Source: Eledone cirrhosa (lineage: Eukaryota). Taken from it: DNA of 64,000 nt. The stretch is from NCBI GenBank assembly GCA_964016885.1, contig OZ024743.1, forward strand, positions 279,620,001 through 279,684,000. Direction: 5' to 3'. This document shows positions 1 to 15,400 of the stretch, in pieces (position 1 is the stretch's first letter; every line of letters begins with the position of its first letter). A model generated the notes under the pieces. That model did no database searches, was not told the origin of the DNA, and was given only the letters and a program-made list of their open reading frames with translations. The translations under genes were made by a program, and so were the position numbers.

Positions 1-168
1 TGTTTCTAATTTTGGCACAAGGCCAGCAATTATCCCAGTGTATTTTATCGACTCTGTAAGGATGAAAGGCAAAGTTAACCACGGCGGGATTTGAACTCAG
101 ACCGTAAAGGGACGTATCTATGCTGGAAAGCATGGCGTCTGACCCTCTACCGATACTGCCAATCCGTC
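1..168 (-). mobile_element. tRNA-derived SINE (family A), copy 1 of a head-to-tail pair
   Basis: Reverse complement gives A-box-like GGCAGTATCGGTAGAG, B-box GAGTTCAAATCCC, core CTTTGCCTTTCATCCTTAC and tail GGCCTTGTGCCAAAA. Near-identical to 23284-23468 and 62232-62415. Confidence 0.85.
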
Positions 169-197
169 AAAATAATAACCGACTACTATGATTAATT

Positions 198-372
198 ATT
201 TCTACTTTTGGCACAAGGCCAGCAAATACGCAGTATATTACTGGTACTTTATTTTATCCACCCCGTAAGGATGAAAGGCAAAGTTAACCTCGACGGGATT
301 TGAACTCAGACCGTAAATGGACGTAACTATGCTAGAAAGCATGGCGTCCAACCCTCTACCGATACTGCCAAT
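198..372 (-). mobile_element. tRNA-derived SINE (family A), copy 2
   Basis: Same A/B boxes, core and tail as 1-168, directly adjacent. Confidence 0.85.
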
Positions 373-1115
373 TCAACGAGATAAAAATCTGCTGGTTATG
401 GAAAAGGCGCACCCCTCATTTTGCACACGCCAAGCATGTGTGTTAAATCTCTAAATTAAACAGCAGATTGTCCCTAATTCAGATTTTAAGATTTGAAGCC
501 TATCACTAGATTTGCGAACAATTTGAAAAACCCTATTGTAGACAGCTGCTTTCCACGTCAAAGATATGCAGAGTTCGATTCTTGGTAGTCGCCACTGCCC
601 ACATCTTTTCGTCTCATCTCAATGTGTGTGTGTGAGTGTATGTGTGTGTGTATACATGCATACATATACATGCATGCGTAGATACATAGCTACTGACCTA
701 TATATACTGTATATATGTATATATACACATTCATACTAAAAATCATGCATAAATACACGCAACTACATAGAGATATACATATAAATACACACATACATAT
801 ATGCATAAATACAGCTACACCTACATATGGACATATATACACATATATGTGCCTGCATATATGCATACTCATAAATATATACTATTTGTATCATATATAG
901 AATATATTGAGTGGTTTAGATGTACAGATGTGTACATAACAAGATCATTTATTCTTATTACAAGCTAAAATTATTCGGCCGATGCACAAAATATGCCTTA
1001 GGCAGTCCGCCATGAGGTTAATATTCTACTTCTAATGGTCTGTGATTGAGACGTTGTTTTCTTGACTGGATTCCTTAGAAGTTGCTCCATGTAAATCTAT
1101 CTGTCTATCTTTCTC

Positions 1116-1455
<340 letters not shown>

Positions 1456-1605
1456 TATTCTGTATCCTCTATCTTACTTTTGAACATCTTAATGAATTAT
1501 CTCCTTTGACAGCGTACGAATAATTCGAAAAAGAATTGTTAAGATTTATGTTCGAACATGCAAATACACAAATACACACACAGACAAAAGCTCGTACATA
1601 CAAAT

Positions 1606-1746
<141 letters not shown>

Positions 1747-2544
1747 TATAGATATATTCATATATATATATACATATGGGTATGTGTGCGTGTGTGTCTG
1801 TATATATATGTATATATATATATACACGCATAATAATACGTCGAAAATTTCATTAATTTTAGATGGAAGGTATATTCAAAGAATATATTATATAGCATAT
1901 TTCCAGTCTTATTGATTATTATGTATCCTAGAAGCCAAACAGTTGTTTCGTGGATATTCAGCTTACTTCGCGCTTCTTTGAACTGTTGATAAGTTCGCTT
2001 TGGACGGTCTTTAAACTTTAGAATGGTATCTGTCATCTTACTGTCTAGAGCGGAAACCATGTTAGATACATAGCTTTGGGAACGAGTAATGTTGCGTGTG
2101 ACCTTTCAGATAGAGGCATTGGATCTCTTCTAACAAAAACATTGTCAATGAATTGCGTTGTTGATTTTGTTGTTGTTATCTTACGAGATCATACTTATGT
2201 AATTTTAAATGATCTCCTTTGAAAGCTGCATCTCATAGGCGCTTTCGTTGATGTTTTACTAATACACCACCCAATACTTCCATGTCAACATTTCTCCGAT
2301 CGAAGGAGGTGGGATTTGAACTCAGAACGTACAGAGTAGGAATAGAAGCCATAAGGCATCTTTACCATACGTTCGCTGGTGTATGTGTATATATAGACCT
2401 GTAACTCCTGAGAGAATCGCAGCGGCGCCATCTTGATATTTTAAAACCTGGCAGAGCCCATCTCCTCTCCAGGTCTGAATACAGTAAATTTCTCCCAGAG
2501 AAGGAGAGAGAGAGTGAGAGAATGGAAGTGAGAAAGAGATGTAG

Positions 2545-2702
2545 TAGGATAATCGACCCAGTATTAGACTATACGTCTTTATCGATTTCGAATGGAGGAA
2601 AGGCGATGTTGACTTTGGTGGGATTTGAACTTAGAAAGAAGAGAGCCGGAATCAATACCATTTTATCCGACGGTCTAACAAATCTGCCAATTCACCGCCT
2701 TA
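2545..2702 (-). mobile_element. Diverged SINE family A copy
   Basis: GGAAAGGCGATGTTGACTTTGGTGGGATTTGAACTTAGAA...CTGCCAATTCACCGCC resembles family A. Confidence 0.6.
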
Positions 2703-3695
2703 ATTCCCTTAATACAGATTGGTCATTTATATATCGACCCCAAAATATAGAAAAGCAAAATTGATCTCTGTGGCATTTCATCCGGTGCTCAAGTGAATCA
2801 GTCAAGTCGCTCCCTAATATAGTGTGTATAAATCCAATAAACGTTTCGGTTTCAATCAACAACCAAGCTGCACTTCCAGGAGAAATTGAGCACTACTGTA
2901 AGCTGAAGAACTATGAGACTATTTCACAGTGCTCTCCCAGGTTACATGGCGAGTTCTTTCTCTAAATAGGTTTTCTAGGGGATTTGAGAGATGTCTGTGT
3001 GTACGTCATTAATATAGTTTAGAACATACTACTGTGTAGGGATCCGTGAAATATTGAAAACTTGCCTCGTGTATATTCGAACCTTCTATGCGTGTTACTT
3101 CTTATGAATTAACTGTAATCTATTTTATATCATTTATAAATCCAACATATCGTAGGTACTTTCCTTTTATGGAAACCTTATTTTAATTGGATGCCATACA
3201 AAACATATGAACACTTCAACATATAGCACAGGACACAGTTCTGAAAATACCAAAATCTGATTTCAAATTACCCAGGTAGTTTACGAAATTTCATTTGCTA
3301 AATTTCACTATTTTGAAAATGGGTGGATACTGGTGGTGTTACGTGGAAGAAATGACAAGAAAATGGAGAGCACGTCTATCTAATGAAAATAAATTAATGT
3401 TGGAAAATAGGTTACATCATTATCAATTTTATATTATTTCAAAATTATTACCGAGTCCACTAGTCTATAAAACAGTGAAACACAAAGGAAAAGATTATAT
3501 CTGAAAAATAATAATTTTTAAGTATAAACAATGCTTACCTAACTTCGTAAAATACTCCCTCCCCATCCCCCTGTAGCGATTGGATAGTTATTACTCTATA
3601 GTTTATTCTAGAATATCTCCTCAGAGAATAGAACTGCTAATAAGCAATATTTTTTACACACACATACGCACAAATACACACACGCACAAACACGG

Positions 3696-3734
<39 letters not shown>

Positions 3735-3750
3735 CACATACCTCCCCCCC

Positions 3751-3799
<49 letters not shown>

Positions 3800-5485
3800 T
3801 ATATGATTCACTACTGCCCAACAACATTAAAACCAATCGTTAAAAACATTTTATATGCTTTTTTTTTCTCCATAGGGAAATGACCTGACATCATTATAAT
3901 TGTTAAGGACTTGAAAGGTTTTACATCTAATTATATTCCTATAAAAAAGTATCCAGCTAATGTAAAGAGAAGTGGAATTAAATAATGTCTGAGGAATGAA
4001 AATCAATAAACTACTACATATATATGATACAAACCCTCTTTTAACGTCGATCCGATTACACTAAATTAACTAAATTTCAAGTGTTTCTATGATCCTGGAG
4101 TATTTTACAATAACATAACTTGTTTTCTCTTTTCTAAAATTTGCACAAGATGTCCGCATATTTGGTAGTTAAATCCGCAATTTCGGGCAAAATCAGAATT
4201 GAGTCGATAAATATCTTTTGTACTTTGACATCTCATTTTGCAATTCTTCATATCAAATCTTTCTTTACTTTGTTTTTATAATCGTTTTTTCCGAGATCAT
4301 TGTCTAACAGCAAACAACTATCTAAAACAAATCATTAAGTACATGAAAAAAACATACACACAAACAAGAAACAATTACGTACAAGAAATTGGAATAGACC
4401 ACATCAACTTTGCGTGATGGGTATTAAGCTAAAACCGATTATATCAATCTACATGTCAATTTTGATTGACTTTTCGAACAGATAAATGTGAGGCAGTCAC
4501 GTTTACAGTGTCGAACAGTAATTGAACATGTTTACTAGTCGCTAAAGTAGAAACAAAAGTTAAATACACTGATATTTATTCTGAAAACCACTAACATTAA
4601 CAGATGAAATAACTATCATTAAGAAGCGAGGGAGAAACTGGTCATTTTGCTGCCTTTTAGTTCAACTGGTCATTCTATTGTATATAATCGTATGCTTTCG
4701 CTTTTATTTTTGTTCTTTTTTTCCACTGCAAAGATGCTTGTTAACAATTTTCAAAGGAGGTTCAAATAGGCTAACTGTCGGCAATTCACAGCAAATAGTC
4801 CTTTTGATCTATCATTCATTATTAGAAACCTTTATATCCCACTTCTACTAAAGTATCAGTTTATTTGCTTATCAGTCACAATGTTTCGGTGTTTACATAT
4901 TGTTCTCTCTTACATAACGTATACTTACTTTGTGGTATATGTGAGCTGTTACATCATTATTACCATATTCACGACGAACATTTCCTATTTACCATTTCAT
5001 CATTTGAATTTTATTATCTGTATGATACTTTTGCATCTGTATTTCTATTTCTATCTCTATCTTTGTCGATTACAGAGCTTCGTTATTCGTTGTTTCTGGA
5101 TCAAACAATTTGATCCACATCGTCGTCTATTCCAGTTATTTTTTTATATAGCTGTGACTCACATCATTTCTATAATTCTGATTGCTTCCATCAACGAAGT
5201 AGTTAATGAGCATTGTTAGAAATATTTTTATGATCAAACAAACGAGTTTTAGCACTAAGGAATTTAGCGAGAAGTAACGAAAAGAAGAAAAGAATCTGTC
5301 CAATTTGGAACATAAATAGCCGATATATTCAAATAGACAAGGACACCATTGTCTCTATCTCGCTCTGCCTCTATCCATATATGTTGTCACACTATCCATA
5401 TATGTTGTCTGAGGTTTTGTGTGTCTGAGAGAGAGAAAGAGTATGCGTGCCTGTTTATCTTGATACGCATCTTTTTCTATCTATC

Positions 5486-5598
<113 letters not shown>

Positions 5599-5829
5599 AA
5601 TAACGCTAGAGATTTTTATCTTTGTTATTCGACTGACATACCATGTTCTCCTACGATCTGTGACTATGGTGATCCCCTTCCCACGTTTTATTTATTCTCT
5701 TTATCTGGAGGCATAAACCGGAATTCCCATGTTAAACAAAAATGGTACAATTAACACACAGAGTGGTAAATTCGATTTTGTTTTGAACTGTATACAAACG
5801 CCCTGGTTATTATTGGTGGTTTGACAGTA

Positions 5830-5945
5830 TCAATACAACGTCGGACAACACACTCTACGCTATAGTGTTACGACTCTTTAGGTTCTCAGTTCAAATCACG
5901 CCGATGTTAGTTTTGCCTTTTATTCTTATGGGGTTGATTTAATGA
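5830..5945 (+). mobile_element. Diverged SINE family A copy
   Basis: AGTTCAAATCACGCCGATGTTAGTTTTGCCTTTTATTCTTATGGGGTTGAT matches the B box and core. Confidence 0.55.
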
Positions 5946-7061
5946 CACTGAAGCTGTCATGCAGTGGAATCGAACCTGATACAGTATGATTCGAAACAAA
6001 CATCTTAAACATTTGGTCATGCTGCGTCCGCAGCAACAACAAGCAGCAACTTACTGAGAAATACCTGCAAATATAACTATTTTAATGACATTGATTTTAT
6101 TTTTAGTTTCGTCTAAAATGCATTTGTGTTTCTGTGGGTGGAGGGTGTGGCTAAATATATTATATTTGGTTTGTATTTTTTGTTTTCCTATTTGTTTTCT
6201 TTTTAACTTTTCGGCCACTCGAATGCATTAATAATGAAGATGCTGGATGGCGAGATGATGAAAGGAATTATTATGTAGAAGAAGAAAAAGAAGAAGAAGA
6301 TGATGATGATGATGATGATGATGATGTTAACATCATCTCAGAAAATGGTAGTAATAGAGATTTGATGTTGCTGACAAAGAGGGTGTTGCTGAGAGTGTTG
6401 AAAACCGTATTTGACATTAGAGAAATTTGAATTTAAAGTGCAGAGTGTCAGAGCGAGTACCGCGTGATATTTTATCCGACGTTCTCTCAATTCTGCTAAT
6501 CCACCACTCAATGTACATATACAGTTTATCTATTGTAAGCAAGAGAATTTATGTGTATAAGTGTTTTATATCTATATCGATGTTTTTAAATTTTATGGTT
6601 ATACTCAAAGGATTGCTAAGGCGTCGCTTTCAAGCGTTTATATCGAACCCAATACTTTTTTTAGAGTGGTCGATATGTTAGCATTATCTACCTGTTGTAC
6701 CACAAAGTTACGGTTATAAAAAAACATCAGATTCTAAACCCGGTGTTAAACACACGACATACTCAAACACAAGCACACACACATATTTGTATATATATAT
6801 ATATATATATATATATTTGATTATTTCTATTGCATTTACCATTTACAGCTACACCTAAATAGACATATTGATAAATAGATAGATACATGAAACAACGCAT
6901 CCAACCCAATATATGAGAGAGAGAGAGAGTGTGTGTGTGTTTGTGGCTGTGTGTAGATGTGTTTATATGTGTTTCTGTGCTTGTATAAATTCAGAAGTGG
7001 AAGCGTGTATATGAAAGTAAAACATATAGATGCATGCAGTCACACGTTTACAAAAATACCC

Positions 7062-7092
<31 letters not shown>

Positions 7093-7269
7093 TGTATGTA
7101 TGTATGTATGTATGTATGTATGTATGTATGTATTTCTACACAAACAGATGCTTATGTGTTAATGTGTCAAAATAGTCAGGGCTGCCAGTAATTGCTGTAC
7201 AACTTTCAATTGAGTATAATACGGAGTATTATACACGACCCTCTTGCATTCCTTTCACAATATGCACCA

Positions 7270-8140
7270 TTGGTTGATGGGGTGTGAGAAGGAATGGAAA
7301 TATTATGGAGAGGCCGAGAAATGAGATTATGTCTGATGAAAAAGAGACGGTGTGAGAAGAAGGATCTTTCGAAATGGGGAAAATATGTCTGTCAAGTGGG
7401 AGAGCGGAGGTGGAGAGTAGGTGGTAATGAGAGAGAGTATAAACATGTAAATGGATGACTCCAGAAAGACAGAAAGGTAGACAATAAAACATTTTTTGGA
7501 AAAAAGCTATGGCGTCGGAATAATGGAAATAAAAATGGAAAAGGAGGGAAATGATGAAAGAAAATAAAAATATAAGAATCAGCATGGATGGATGAAATAA
7601 AGAAAGAATTAAGGAAAGAAATTTGGATATGTAGAAAGAAAAACGAATACAATTATAAGTCGAAAAAAGGTGAAGAATGAATGATATTTTACTGGCAGGG
7701 ATGGACTTAGTAGAGTGGTAAAAAGTATATTGAAGGGAGACAAAAAAACAATGATAAATACAGAAAAGAAGCAAGGAAAGAAAGAAAATAAAGAAAAATT
7801 GAACAACGTGTGGCACGCTGTGTGACATAGGAAAGAGGTAGAGAAAGAATGCAAAGCTAGAAAGAAAGCAAGTAGGAAAGACAACAACAAAAAAAAAAAC
7901 ATAGAAAGAAAAACTGTATGAACGAAAGAAAGAAAGAATGACAAATAGAAAGAAAGAAAAAGAAGGAAGGAAATTGGAGAAAGAAATAAACAAAAAGTGA
8001 AAGGAATAAAGAAAGAAACAAGAGATAAATGGAGAGAAAGGAATGAATGAGGAAACTAATAAAAGTAGAAAGAAAGAAAGGAGGAAAGGAAGAGAGAAAG
8101 ATAGAAAATAGTTAGAAAGCAACAAAGGAATAAAAGAACA
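7270..8140 (+). repeat. Purine-rich (GA/GAAA) low-complexity tract
   Basis: About 850 bp strongly A/G-skewed. It explains the spurious F/S/L-rich 298-aa minus ORF. Confidence 0.85.
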
Positions 8141-8430
8141 ATGATCCTGACTTCATTATTCGCCAGGACCATTGTGTTTCGGATAAATAGTGCTCAGTCA
8201 AAACCATTTAATATGGGTGTTTGTCTCCACCAAGGGTGCATACTGTCATTTCTCTTATTCATTATCTTCATGGGTAGGATTGACATGCGCAACCGGGTTG
8301 GAAGTGGTATAAGGACTGGCGGATGTAAGATCAGTCGGTTGGAATTTAAGGACGATATGGTATTACTTAACTCGCCAGAAGGTGATCCCTGAGAAATATT
8401 TGATAGAATTATGAGAACTCTCTATCTAAA
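8141..8430 (+). pseudogene. RTE-like LINE reverse transcriptase fragment (QG..S and DD motifs)
   Basis: GVCLHQGCILSFLLFIIFM...LEFKDDMVLL. Clear nucleotide similarity to 46825-47040. Confidence 0.8.
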
Positions 8431-8599
8431 CTGATGACGTTGAAACTGAGTGGAGACTGTTGAGCTCAGCAGTTTCTGCTTCAGCTTTTAAATACTGCTG
8501 GTGAAAGCGGATTTTGTAGCACCGAGTGACAGGTCATCCGAGCAAAGCAGGCTTACAAAACTTGGCTTATAAATAAGTCCTTTTTTGGCGTTTGCTATA

Positions 8600-9195
8600 C
8601 AAGCAAGTGCTAAACGTTGCAGCAGAGACAGTAAAGACATGCAACGTTAAGTATTTTGGTGCTAAGCTGGAATCCGACTTCAGATCTACAAATAGTTTTC
8701 TGAGAAACCATCCACCCACTTCATAATAAGAATTCTTTCTATACGCCTACTATCAGGAACGCATCTGGATTTCTCCTCTCTTCAGAGAGGTGCATCGTTG
8801 CCTGATGGAGCGAATACTTTGCTGATCTCCTTTAACTTGTCACAACAGCATCTTCTGATGTGAATTAGGTGCATCTGAGAGTGGTAATTAACGTCTTGGA
8901 GGCTGAGCTCCAAAGACAAATTAAAGAACTCAAATGTAACAAGGCCTCTGGGTACAATGAAATTCGGCTCGAGATGTTAAAAGCGTTAAATAGAGAAGGT
9001 ATTTTCTGGCAATGGCAATCGGGAGTGATAATCTCAATCATCAAAAATGGAGACAAGAGTGATTGATCCAATTATAGAGGGATGTCCTCGTTAAGCCTCC
9101 CAGTAAAGTGTATGCAAAGTATCTGGCAAATAAATGTAGGGATATTGTCAAATTCAAGCTATTTAACGAATAGTGTAGGTTTCACCCAGGAAGCA
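8600..9195 (+). pseudogene. RTE-like LINE ORF2 fragment (pre-RT linker and RT domains 0-2)
   Basis: IKELKCNKASGYNEIRLEMLKAL...IIKNGDKSD*SNYRGMSSLSLP matches the LINE KAxGxDxI...KxGD...NYRxISL pattern. Contains stops and frameshifts. Confidence 0.75.
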
Positions 9196-9479
9196 AAAAA
9201 AAAAAAAAAATTATATAGAAAAGGTAAACACTAAATAAGTTAATGTGTCTGGCAGGTAGATAATGTAAAATAATCAAACAACAAATAAAAGAAAGTGTAA
9301 ACTGCAATTAAAAAATAATTTTAACATAGAAATAAGGCCAGAAATTTCGTTAGTGGAAGCTTTCAGTTGATTATATTAAATGGTAGCTTATTTATCGATC
9401 TAGTTCCCATGACGGAAGGACGAAACACATAAGCAACCACAGTAAGTTTGCATTTCAATAATATTTCATGATAAAATTG

Positions 9480-9875
9480 ACACAAAACCATTAATTTGAG
9501 AGAAGAGGAAAATCAATTATATGTACCTCATTACTTAACTGGTACTTTATTTTATAGACCGTGGGAGAATGGAAGTCTTGGAGGAATTTGAAATCAGAAC
9601 GAAGAAAGTCACGACTGATTATATCAAAGCATTTTCTCAACTGGCACTGCTAGTACCCCGAGCCTCCCCACATTTCGATAATTTCTAATTTTGGAACAAA
9701 GCCTGTAATTTAGGGGGACGGAAAATCGCTTGTCGTCCCAATATTTGACTGGTACTTTATCAGAAAAATATATGCAAAGTCATCCTCGGAAAAAATTGAA
9801 CGCAGAGTGTAAAGAGCCAGACCAAATAAAGCTAAGCATTTGAGCGGCACTAATGAATCCACCATACTTGCCTTT
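9480..9875 (-). mobile_element. Two diverged SINE family A-like copies
   Basis: ACTGGTACTTTAT...GGAATTTGAAATCAGAAC and ACTGGTACTTTAT...AATTGAACGCAGAG. Confidence 0.5.
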
Positions 9876-9899
9876 CAATAAAAGAAAAAAGATAATATA

Positions 9900-10265
9900 A
9901 TGGTTTCTTTATTAGTTACACAGGGTTTATATAAAGAGGTCAGTAAAGACGGTAGAGGACTATACACTGATGGCTTTTTGTGTGAGGGGAAGTTTTATAA
10001 AGAATACTAAAAAATAACGATTTAAAACAAAAACATAACAAATCCCCCCAAATGTCACTCATGGAGAACACCCACAAAAAGCCATGGTAACCATGACTTC
10101 TAGGGTTAGTACCTCTCTAAGATGTTCCCCTCCAACTTACAGGCGCATACTCAGAGCAAGCCCATTCATTTGGACCGTACCGGTCTCTTTCACCCACATT
10201 TCAACAAACTGATTAGAAGCCAGGATTTCCCTCTCCACCCTGATTTTTCTTTTTAATCGATACAG
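9900..10265 (-). mobile_element. Probable 3' end of an L1/Tx1-like LINE
   Basis: Minus frame YRLKRKIRVEREILASNQFVEMWVK...MRL* followed by a 3' UTR ending in AATAAAGAAA. A similar tail occurs at ~39185-39245. Clade assignment is by recollection only. Confidence 0.35.
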
Positions 10266-11572
10266 CTATCAACGGCTCAATTAGTAGTCTTTATTTTGTC
10301 GTTTATATATGAAACATTTGAGTAATTAGACATTCTCTTCCCAGTAACGTTCAGGAACATAGTCTCGGCATTGCGTTTGTTTGTCTCTTTCTTTCTTTAA
10401 TAGTTGCCCACCATTTTCTAGTTTCTCTAGTGATAGATATAAACGATGTAGTGGGAGTGTGACATATACTCTGGTTTGTCTTATGCTGTGGGAATGGAGT
10501 TTTCAGCTTTTCAATAGTCTTACGGTTCTAATGCTTGTGAAATTGAGGACGATACGCCTTCGCTTTCTTCTACTCAGGCTATTCCTGAAGCTGCGTCGGT
10601 TAATCCTATGGAGACTGCGATATACGCAGCCATAGATTTTACATCTGGAATCTGCTAATAATATGTTGATGCTTCTGCTGCTATCCCTCGCATTCTTTGT
10701 TATTTTACTTTTCTCATTCTTCTGGCAGAAAGGCCCTCAAATATATTTACTACAGCAGGCGTATCAATTGGTCTTTCTGAGATCAATGTACAAGCTCTTC
10801 CAGTCTCCTCCCTCCTACTTCAGTTTTAGCAATCAGACACGGCCTTCCACATAGTTTGCCTTGAAATGTGCGCATAAGTTGTTTCCCACATCAATCAGTA
10901 CCTTCTCTAATACCACCTTCGAGGGCATATGGAATCCTTATACATTTTGGAGGAAAACAGATGTATCACACCACCCTCATTAATATTGGGGAAATTCTCT
11001 GAATTATGGGATACTGTCTTTCGTGACATAAAACTTTCTAAGTTTTACGTTTGTTTTTTTTTGTTGTTTTTTTTCGTCTAAATATAATTTGGGGTGTGTT
11101 TATGATGCCGCTGTGGTGGGCACTCCTTCATAAGCCTTCTGGGGCAGACATCGTAAAACGCCTATAAATATTGCAAATGGCTATTTGTAATATATAATGT
11201 GTTGCAGATTGAATGTTTTAAAATAAACCTTTCATCTAACCTAGGTAATGGAGATAGACGTTCATATATTCCAAAGCACTGTGGTGAGAAAAAGAAACAA
11301 CATTTCATCATAATGTAATCCAGAAAGAACTTGTGTTCTCACTGGTCTAGTGCGAGAATGGCGGCTCACACCGAGCAGCAGCAATACCAATAACATCAAC
11401 AATAGCGAAGAGTGCTTTAAAACGTTAAGTATGCAAGAAAAGTTGAATGAAAATCAAAACGACAAAACAAAACGAAGATAGTTAGAGTGAGGAATCTAAA
11501 TGCAAGGAATATCACCCCCCCCCCCACACACACACACACATACACGCACAAAACACTCACCCCACCCACCCA

Positions 11573-11607
<35 letters not shown>

Positions 11608-13214
11608 ATTACTCGATGTGTAAGGAATAGCAGTCAAATTTTCCACGAATCCCCACACTTTAAATGGAAGAGTGTAGTCCGAGATACACTACGCCTTGAT
11701 GGGATCTGCGATAGTCTTCGTTGGAATGTCTTTGATTTCAGATCTCCTCTATTAGATATGGTAGAGTTAAACAAGAAAAATAATATTAGAAAACTAAATG
11801 AAATGAGGAAACACCACTATCACCACCGCAACCACTACAAAAAACAACAACAACAACAACAACAACACTATTACCACCGCCATCACCACCACCACCACCA
11901 CTACCACTACCACCATCATCACCACCACTATCATTACTACTATCACCACCACCACCTTAGACACCCAGCAGAGGCATGACGGTAAGTGTTGCACCCGCGA
12001 CAGACCTGAGTAACACTAACCAACTCAGGCACCCTGTACCTGTCACAGGGATAGACCGCCCCAAATTGTGTGTATGCACTAAATGTTTAAAACAACACAG
12101 AGCCGCAATTACATAGCGGCTAGACCAGTGCCTCGCATCGCTGTGTTTCACCCTTCCTTCTCATTTCCTTAGTTCGAACCCAAGTTAACAGCCACTAGTT
12201 AATTAACGAGATAACATACGTTGGCAGGGTCATATACTGGGGATCTCCATGTACCCCACATTTCCGACCTCTGGGCGTCACCATCCACCCCCGATCTATG
12301 ATCCGGTTCTCCGAAGGACAAGCTACCTCAAACCTAACCCCCTTCGCACACAAAAGTCCGTAATAATGGTGATACATAATTTCGAAGCACATATTATTTC
12401 GCTTCCCACCCCTCCAAAGCGCACACTTGTGTCTGTATGTGTGTGTACGTATACACGTATGTGTGTGTATATACTTGTGTGAGTGCGTGTATAGATGTCT
12501 ACGCAGATATGCTTAGGTATAGAGGTATGTGAATGTATAGATGTATGTGTGCGTGTGTGTGCAAACATGTATATATGCGCGCATACGTGTGAAGATTCGT
12601 AAATGTCTGTTTGTGGGTATGTACTACATGTTTAAAATATCGGTTGTAATGTTTAACATTTATTAAGTTTAAATATTTAACACTCAAATTCTTACACGTA
12701 TAGGTTTTAACACCTCCAGTTACTATTCTAACATCTACTACCATGATATTGATAAACACTCACGCTCCCAGTTGTACCCATATCGGGTTACACGCTAGAA
12801 TACTACAGCAAGAGAGGTGGCCGCTGACCTACCTACACCACTGCCACTATAGTAAAATAGGTGAACTGGACCGAAACACCACTACATGCAGATATTATTT
12901 TCTTGTGACATTAAACTCCGCCAGCTGCGCACTGCGCATTAAAATGTCATATCTCTCTCGACAATGTTCAATCACCTGCAGCAGATTTCAAAGAGCAAAG
13001 ATTAAGTTCAGTCCATAAATTGACATTGTTAAGCCATCGTTTTGGCTGCCGGCCTCTGCTTCATTTACCAGCCAACCTTCCTTCCAGGCATAACCTACTC
13101 ACCCCACGAGTTGAACTTTATATATGACCGTATAGTTTGAGTACTCGTGACTTGACAATTGATGCAAAAGTTTGGTAATGTTGAGCAGCTCACTGATACA
13201 GATACGGTCGCTTA

Positions 13215-13985
13215 ACCATTTGCTAGTCATAAGTCTCATGATTTCACAAAAGCTTTTGACAACGTGAAACTATCCAGCTTGTGGCAACTCTTAAACAAGA
13301 CCTCAATTAACAAAAAAATACATCAACCTATTGAAAGAAACTTACACCAACTCAACAGCATATATCAAAACAGACTTGGGAACTATACGCTGTATAGACA
13401 TCTTGAAGGGAGTTAAGCAGGGGGGTGTACTATCAGCATTTCTTTTCTGTATAGTTATAGCTGCATTTATTTTCAAAACTGAAGAAAAATGCTCCTCTGG
13501 CTATAAAATAGGAGGTAAAATCCTATCAAATCTTAACTATGCAGTCGATCTGGCCATCATGAATTACTCTAGAACCGATCTGCAAGACTTTCTGAATGTA
13601 CTGGCCAAACATTTGCTGGAGGCTGACTTACATATCAACATTTCCAAAACCAAAATGTATGACAACTGATAAAAACAATGCCAATCTCTAACTTACAATC
13701 TACAACCAACAAATTGCTCAAGTTGCGGAGTTTGTATTTCTCGGTCATAAGCTATCATCATACAACAATGGAATGTTTGCTGCACAATATCTTTCAAAAA
13801 GAACAAGGAAGTACTAATATCAAAAGGAGTTTCCTATCGTTTGAAGGCTAAGATCTTCAATACTTACATCCTACCAGTTGTTTTATATGGTCTTGAGTGT
13901 GTTAATTGGATGACAAGGTCACTTCAGAAGCTCTCTACATTCCAGGACCACATTATTAGACTTATGCAGATATTATAGCTGATTG
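13215..13985 (+). pseudogene. Non-LTR (RTE-like) reverse transcriptase fragment
   Basis: DFTKAFDNV...KGVKQGGVLSAFLF...NLNYAVDL (degenerate YADD)...INISKTK...EFVFLG...ILPVVLYGLEC. Frameshifted. Confidence 0.85.
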
Positions 13986-14221
13986 TTAAAATCAACTATG
14001 GCAGGCTGACCTGCTTCAAGGACAACTGACCTGTTACGACGGTATCTGACAAATGAGAAGAAAATATACACTTCGGATGCCAAAGATCATTCATTTTTGT
14101 TCATATACCGACAGTTCTTTGGATTAACAACAACACTTTTCGGATCCGGGCATATCATCGATATAACAAGGTAAACGTTATTCCACCAGTATGTTTCTTT
14201 GTTTTTTCTGTCCAAGTTCTA

Positions 14222-14280
14222 GCTGCCCGATGAGGTTATAACTATTGAATTATGGTTATCACCGAAATATATATTGCAGC
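14222..14280 (+). ncRNA. Minimal type I hammerhead ribozyme (U4C core variant)
   Basis: GCTGC-CCGATGA-GGTTATAAC...GTTATCACC-GAA-ATATATAT-T-GCAGC. Stem I GCUGC/GCAGC, stem II hairpin, palindromic stem III, AUU triplet. Lies 50 bp before a (TA)n tract. Confidence 0.7.
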
Positions 14281-14327
14281 GAATATGAATAAACGAAGTT
14301 AATTTTAACCTGTTAACTTACACTTCT

Positions 14328-14372
<45 letters not shown>

Positions 14373-14464
14373 CTTATATATTTTATATATATATAATATA
14401 TATATATCAAGAGTGTGAACCTAATAAACCTTTGCCTCTCTGTTTTGTTCCCGTCCAAATTTGC

Positions 14465-14564
<100 letters not shown>

Positions 14565-14568
14565 GAGG

Positions 14569-14659
<91 letters not shown>

Positions 14660-14943
14660 TGATAGAGAGATGCATACATACATATATACAAGTAACTGTC
14701 CGTACGTTTCCGATTATATAACAACTGTTGGCAAGCGTCAACTCATACAAACATTATATGTGATAGCAATTCAATACAGACGTTTCGAAAGAGACGTATT
14801 AAGAGTGATAAGACAAAATGTCAATTTTGTATTTATTTATATTTATATGGATTTACATTTTTTTTCCTTCTCTAAAAAACACAGCTTTTCCTGTCCTAGC
14901 GTTGTCATTGCAACCTAAATGTGATGGATTACGCATTACAGAC

Positions 14944-15011
<68 letters not shown>

Positions 15012-15348
15012 ATACATATCATTATTATTATTATTATTATTATCATTATTATTATCTTCATTTTATTTTTTGGCAAGAATGTTCAAAGATATGATTGATT
15101 AGATCATGACTTGGCGACAATCTCGCGTTTTCACTGATTTTCTTCCAGGTTGATCTGGTCGTATTGGAAATCAGTTACAGTGAGATAGTGTTTAGATTAA
15201 CTTCAACTAGTCAGTACTCAGAGTAAAATCTCTTATGTCATTGGTATAAAAATAGCTTCCTTATGAAACTTCCGGTTCGGAATGGGCATCTGATACGTAC
15301 TCAAACATACACACAAAAGTATATACGTATTCATATATATATTTATAT

Positions 15349-15400
<52 letters not shown>

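Noticed and set aside
2421-2436. GCGGCGCCATCTTG, a YY1-like promoter motif
   Set aside because: Isolated motif with no associated exon or CpG island.
7229-8125. 298-aa hydrophobic ORF resembling a membrane protein
   Set aside because: It is the antisense of a GA-rich low-complexity tract.
11986-12340. GC-richer island, possibly a solo LTR or Helitron piece
   Set aside because: Single occurrence with no TSD or diagnostic termini that I could confirm.
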